Below are positions 58,394 through 64,000 of a DNA stretch of 64,000 bases, one piece after another; the stretch's first letter is position 1, and every line of letters starts with the position of its first letter. The position numbers and the translations under genes are program-made. Source of the DNA: Novakomyces olei (lineage: Eukaryota); assembly GCA_016906335.1 (NCBI GenBank), contig JADEYG010000002.1:1054001-1118000 (forward strand), written 5' to 3'. The notes under the pieces were generated by a model that was given only the letters and a program-made list of their open reading frames with translations, did no database searches and was not told where the DNA came from.

Positions 58394-58494
58394 TTGTTTA
58401 GATTTGGCATTCAGTACAGTGTTTAATATACGGGGAAAAGGGCACTTGATTTATTTCATACATTATTATACGCATCAGTGGTACTTTAGCCGTC

Positions 58495-58509
58495 TAGGGT
58501 TAGTTAGGG
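58495..58509 (+). promoter_or_regulatory. Telomere-like TAGGGTTAGTTAGGG motif in the NDT/ADE13 divergent promoter
   Basis: Exact 15-mer seen in three intergenic regions. Confidence 0.5.
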
Positions 58510-58716
58510 TCGCCATGAGGGAAGGCAGTAAAATTAATTTATATTATTGGTTAAATAATATATATTATTATTTAAATAATCTATTCATTATCTAAAAATC
58601 TACATTATTATATAAATTAATTATACGACTAATCAAAATTAATTCATGTGATATTTAGCACGCTCAAGAGCAATATTTTCGAGCAGCAAAAGTTTCCAAT
58701 CCAGATTGAAAAGGCA

Positions 58717-60168
58717 ATGTCTGAGGACTTTGGACTGTATGCCTCGCCGCTGACGGCGAGGTATGCATCGCAAGAGATGTCGTTCTTATTTTCTCGTCAG
58801 AATCGTATCGAAACTTGGCGTAAACTATGGCTAGCGCTGGCAGAGGCAGAGCAGCAGCTTGGTTTGCCAGTGACGGACGAGGCAATTGCCCAGATGAAGG
58901 AGCACGTGCAAATACGGCCCGAGGAGTTTGCCATTGCCGCTGAGGAGGAGCGTATTAGGCGCCATGACGTAATGGCTCATGTCCATACTTTTGGCAGAGT
59001 AGCACCTGCGGCCGCTGGTATTATTCATCTCGGTGCGACTTCGTGCTACGTCACCGATAACGCTGACCTGGTTTTCCTGCGCGATGCTCTCGATATTCTG
59101 TTGAAGAAAATGGCCACTGTCGTTGACAAACTGTCTCGCTGGGCGCTGCAGTACCGCGATCTGCCCACTCTAGGGTTTACGCACTACCAACCCGCACAAT
59201 TAACAACCGTGGGTAAACGTGCCTGCCTGTGGATCCAGGAATTATTGTGGGACTTGCGCAATCTGTCTCGTGCACGGAACGATCTGGGATTCCGTGGAGT
59301 CAAAGGCACTACGGGCACACAGGCCTCGTTTCTCGCTCTGTTTGACGGGGATCATGGCAAAGTACGGGAATTGGACGACCTGGTTACGCACGCGATGGGG
59401 TTCGACTATGCTTACCCAATTACTTCGCAAACGTACTCGCGCAAAATCGACGTGGACACTTTGCAGCCTTTGGCCTCGTTTGCAGCATCGTGTCACAAAC
59501 TGGCAACTGATATTCGGCTACTGGCTAACTTGAAAGAGGTCGAAGAACCGTTTGAGCGCGGTCAGATTGGATCATCGGCTATGGCCTATAAGCGTAATCC
59601 TATGCGCTGTGAACGTATTTGCTCAATGGCCCGGTACGTCATGAACCTTGTACCAAACGCGCTGCAAACTGCCTCTGTCCAATGGTTTGAACGGACGCTC
59701 GACGATTCTGCTAACCGCCGGGCTCTGATACCTGAAACTTTTCTATACTGCGATGCTCTGCTAAATGTACTGGGCAATGTGGTCACAGGACTAGTTGTTT
59801 ATCCCAACGTCATTTCACGGCATGTTATGCAAGAGCTGCCGTTCATGGCGACGGAAAACGTTATTATGGCACTCGCGCACAAGGGCGTTTCCCGTCAGGA
59901 AGCTCACGAACATATCCGTGTACTTTCGCATCAAGCTGCTGCTGTTGTAAAGGAACAAGGTGGAGACAATGATCTTATTGAGCGTATTAAATCGGATCCT
60001 TTCTTTGCGCCTATTGTGCCAGACTTGCCAAAGTTGTTGGACCCTAGTACTTTTGTTGGCCGTGCTCCTGAGCAAGTTAGTGAGTTTGTTCAGACCGAAG
60101 TGGCTGCTGCACTTAAACCTTTTGCGGCAACTCTCTCCAACCAGGATACGTTTGAGCTATCTGTATAA
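58717..60168 (+). CDS. ADE13: Adenylosuccinate lyase
   Basis: [54 protein letters not shown]. Confidence 0.97.
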   Translation: MSEDFGLYASPLTARYASQEMSFLFSRQNRIETWRKLWLALAEAEQQLGLPVTDEAIAQMKEHVQIRPEEFAIAAEEERIRRHDVMAHVHTFGRVAPAAAGIIHLGATSCYVTDNADLVFLRDALDILLKKMATVVDKLSRWALQYRDLPTLGFTHYQPAQLTTVGKRACLWIQELLWDLRNLSRARNDLGFRGVKGTTGTQASFLALFDGDHGKVRELDDLVTHAMGFDYAYPITSQTYSRKIDVDTLQPLASFAASCHKLATDIRLLANLKEVEEPFERGQIGSSAMAYKRNPMRCERICSMARYVMNLVPNALQTASVQWFERTLDDSANRRALIPETFLYCDALLNVLGNVVTGLVVYPNVISRHVMQELPFMATENVIMALAHKGVSRQEAHEHIRVLSHQAAAVVKEQGGDNDLIERIKSDPFFAPIVPDLPKLLDPSTFVGRAPEQVSEFVQTEVAAALKPFAATLSNQDTFELSV

Positions 60169-60749
60169 TGTAATGGGCCACTTTTTTTGGCCGCCGACAG
60201 TCTCTAATTAGCTTGATTCTATTGTGTCTTGCAGTACAAAACACCATCTATTAATAAATCACAAAGCCAAATTGGCATTAAGTCTTCAGAAACTAACCTT
60301 GGCCAAACGCTAAACGCTAAACCCTAACCCTCTCGTTTCAATTTATTTTGGCCATAAACTAATACCGTTGATTTATGAATTTTGTCCAGCGTGACTAACC
60401 CGTAATTTCCTGTTACAATCTTATCGCCGGATGTCTGGTCTCGTCACTATGTATTTGTCACGACGCTGCAACGCTCCGTACGCTATATAACTAAGCAAGC
60501 TTACTAATTTTATAATGCTTACTAAAATACGTCCGTTTATAAAATACGTCCGTTTACTTGATATTATATATAATTGATCGTCGCTACGGCGATACTTTCT
60601 CTCAATTTCGCGTGTTACTTGTTAATAGTGAACGGTATTACTCGTCATCAAAAGCGAAGCGTATTACGAAACGGCAGTTTTGTGTCGACAGAGAAACGCA
60701 GAATTCTTTGGATTGCTCCTTTTAAATTTGCACAAAATACTGCCGTACC

Positions 60750-63700
60750 ATGTCGGTAAGCGGGACAATTTGATCCGACTTGTCTCTAATTTTATCAGGC
60801 GAAAATGGCGGTCGATGGGGCCGACACGCCGATGGATCCGGTCATCGATGAAGGCCTTTACTCACGGCAGCTGTACGTCTACCTCCTTCGCTCTTTGTCT
60901 GGCGTTATTTTTTTTTTCCTTGGGGTCCGAGTACTAACAGTACAGCTACGTCTTGGGCCATGAGGCTATGAAGCGCATGAGTGTCTCAAACGTTCTTATC
61001 GTAGGCCTTAAAGGTCTCGGAGCGGAGATCGCAAAGAACGTTGTTCTTGCCGGGGTCAAGTCGGTCACGCTTTATGATCCGCAGCCAGTCAAGATTGAAG
61101 ATCTTTCTTCACAGGTTCGTTACTCGTCTTTAGCCTTTGCGGGATACTTTGCTAAAACTATCAGTTTTTCCTTCGCGAGTCAGATATCGGCACGGGCCGT
61201 GCTGCTGCTTCAGCGCCACGGCTGGCGGAGCTTAATTCTTATGTGCCAATCGATGTACTCTCCGGAGAGCTTACTCCTGAAGCAGTAGGCGCCTTCAAAG
61301 TCGTCGTGCTTACAGAAACTGCGCTCGATCTGCAGTTAAAGATCAACGATTTCACGCACGACCGTGGTATTTACTTTATCTCTACCGACGTTCGAGGCTT
61401 GTTTGGATCCGTGTTTTGTGACTTTGGCAAAGATTTTACCATTGCTGATGCTGATGGAGAGAATCCAGTTACCGGTATTGTGGCAGATATCGAGGATGAT
61501 GGTCTTGTCAGTGCCAATGATGAGAGCCGACACGGACTTGAAGATGGTGATTATGTCAAATTTTCAGAGGTCAAGGGAATGCCTGACATTAACGACGGAC
61601 CCACGTTCAAAGTGACTGTAAAGGGACCGTATGCTTTTTCTATTGGTGGTGATGTACAAAAGTATGGAACGTATCAGGGAGGCGGCATCTTTACGCAGGT
61701 CAAAATGCCCAAGGTCGTCCAGTTCAAGTCCCTCAGAGACTCTTTAGCCTCTCCTGAGTTTTTGTATTCCGATTTTGCCAAGTTTGATCGGCCGCCACAA
61801 TTGCATGTTGGTTTTCAAGCTTTACACGCGTTCGCAGCGGGGAATAACGGGTTTTTACCGCGGCCCCGAAACGAGGAAGACGCTCAAGCCGTGTTGGCTT
61901 TTGCCAAGGGCATTGCCGAAAACTCAAATAATTTGGTGGAGCAATTAGACGAGAAACTGATCAAGGAAATAAGCTTTCAAGCACGGGGTGATTTGAGTCC
62001 TATGGTAGCAGTCTACGGCGGTCTGGTGGCACAAGAAGTTCTTAAATCTGTATCGGCCAAGTTTACACCTGTGATGCAGTACTTGTACTTTGATTCTCTA
62101 GAGTCACTACCAAGCAATGTGCTGACCTTGACCGAAGAATCATGCCAGCCGATTGGATCTCGTTACGATGGTCAAATAGCAGTCTTTGGAAAGGAATTCC
62201 AAGAGCGTATCTCAAACATTCGACAGTTTCTCGTTGGAGCCGGTGCCATTGGTTGTGAGATGCTAAAGAATTGGGCTATGATGGGGCTTTCCAGTGGACC
62301 TAAAGGTGCCATATTTGTCACAGACATGGATTCAATTGAGAAAAGTAATCTTAATCGCCAGTTTCTTTTCCGCCCAGCTGATGTTGGTCAATTGAAAAGT
62401 GAAACAGCAGCTAGAAAAGTTATTGAAATGAACCCGGCGCTCACAGGCCACATCAAATCGTTCCAGGAGAAGGTTGGCCCAGAGACAGAGGAGTTGTTTG
62501 ACGACGATTTCTTTGAAAGTCTGGACGGGGTTACAAATGCACTGGACAATGTTGATGCTAGACAATACGTTGATCGTCGCTGTGTCTTTTTCCGTAAGCC
62601 ATTATTGGACTCTGGAACCCTTGGTACAAAGGGAAACACGCAAGTGGTTTACCCTGGGCTGACCGAATCTTACAGCTCGAGTCAAGATCCCCCAGAAAAA
62701 TCCTTCCCCATTTGCACGTTGAAGAATTTTCCCAATCAAATTGAGCATACTATTGCTTGGGCCCGTGACCTGTTTGAAGGATCTTTCAAGCAGCCCGTTG
62801 ACAATGTCAACTTGTACCTCTCCCAACCAAATTTTCTTGAGAGCACATTGAAAACAGCAGGCAACCAGAAAGAAATTTTGGAGAATATTAATTCGTTCCT
62901 GGTCAAAGACAAGCCTTTGACGTACGAGGAATGCATAATTTGGGCTCGTAAAGAGTTTGAAAAGTTCTTCAACAACAACATTAAACAGCTTCTTTTCAAT
63001 TTCCCCAAGGATGCGGTAACGTCATCAGGAACACCATTTTGGTCGGGACCCAAACGCGCTCCGGAAGCTCTTGTATTCGATCCAAAAAACCCTCTTCATT
63101 TAGATTTCATCATTGCTGCTGCTAAGCTTCACGCTTTCAACTATGGCTTAAAGAGCGACGCTGACAGGGATACGTATATCAAGGTGCTCAATAGTATTAG
63201 TCTGCCTCAATTCTCCCCGCAATCCGGTGTCAAAATTCAAGCAAATGAAAATGAAGAAGACCCAAATGCAAACGCACCCACTGACACGGATGAAGTTCAG
63301 CACTTAGCGGAAAGTTTGCCGTCACCGAGCACGTTTGCTGGTCTTCGGTTACAGCCGGTGGAATTTGAAAAAGATGATGATAGCAATTATCATATTGCGT
63401 TCATTACAGCCGCTTCAAATCTTCGTGCAAGCAATTACGGTATCAAGCCGGCCACGCGCCATCAAACCAAATTCATTGCTGGAAAAATCATCCCGGCCAT
63501 TGCTACAACGACTGCATTAGTCACCGGTTTAGTGTGCTTGGAATTATATAAAATCATAGATGAAAAGAAGAGCTTGGAGGCGTACAAGAATGGCTTTATC
63601 AATCTGGCTCTGCCCTTTTTCGGGTTTTCTGAGCCGATTGCTTCGCCAAAGATCACATTCAACAATCGTGAAATGGACAAAATTTGGGATCGCTTTGATA

Positions 63701-63984
63701 TTTATGGCGATATTACGCTGAAGCAGCTTATTGAACATTTCCAGCAGGAACAAGGCTTGGAGATTACAATGCTCAGCTCGGGAGTATCACTATTGTATGC
63801 CAGCTTCTTCCCACCAAGCAAGCTTAAGGATCGATACGGTCTCAAGATATCCGAGTTAGTGTCCACCGTTTCCAAGAAATCAGTTTCGCCGAAAGCCAAG
63901 ACGATTGTGCTAGAAATATGTGCTGACGATGAGACTGGCGAAGACGTAGAAGTTCCATACGTCTGTGTTCATCTGAAGAAATAG
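60750..63984 (+). CDS. UBA1: Ubiquitin-activating enzyme E1, 4 exons predicted
   Basis: [55 protein letters not shown] (catalytic Cys), [15 protein letters not shown]. Confidence 0.97.
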
Positions 63985-64000
63985 ATGCAGACAGATTTTT

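Noticed and set aside
60523-60556. 17-bp direct tandem repeat upstream of UBA1
   Set aside because: Only two copies; likely slippage.

Overview
This is gene-dense fungal (ascomycete-like) genomic DNA with short GT-AG introns. Housekeeping genes in the window are GLE1, GPATCH1-like, an LEA-like repeat protein, NFS1, CIA2, ARC1, ERV14, PP4c, PIG-P, ADO1, ERG28, IML1, an aldo-keto reductase, TIM54, a bacterial-type nucleoside 2-deoxyribosyltransferase, ADE13 and UBA1. They flank a 23.8-kb nest of young LTR retrotransposons (14009-37763), whose history can be fully rebuilt from the 5-bp target-site duplications (TSDs). A Ty1/copia element received a solo LTR (C), a gypsy chromovirus (B) inserted into C, and two opposite-facing copies of a second chromovirus (A, A') inserted into the copia element and into B. 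The 4.6-kb segment between A and A' is inverted. Main finding: between pol and the 3' LTR, chromovirus A carries an intact extra ORF encoding a C2H2 zinc finger plus a JmjC domain, with a complete predicted Fe(II)/2-oxoglutarate site spaced like KDM2/Jhd1 histone demethylases. The same element has an integrase with an HP1-like chromodomain, so it is a candidate retrotransposon-encoded chromatin reader plus eraser (anti-silencing) system. All calls come from reading the sequence; no searches were run.
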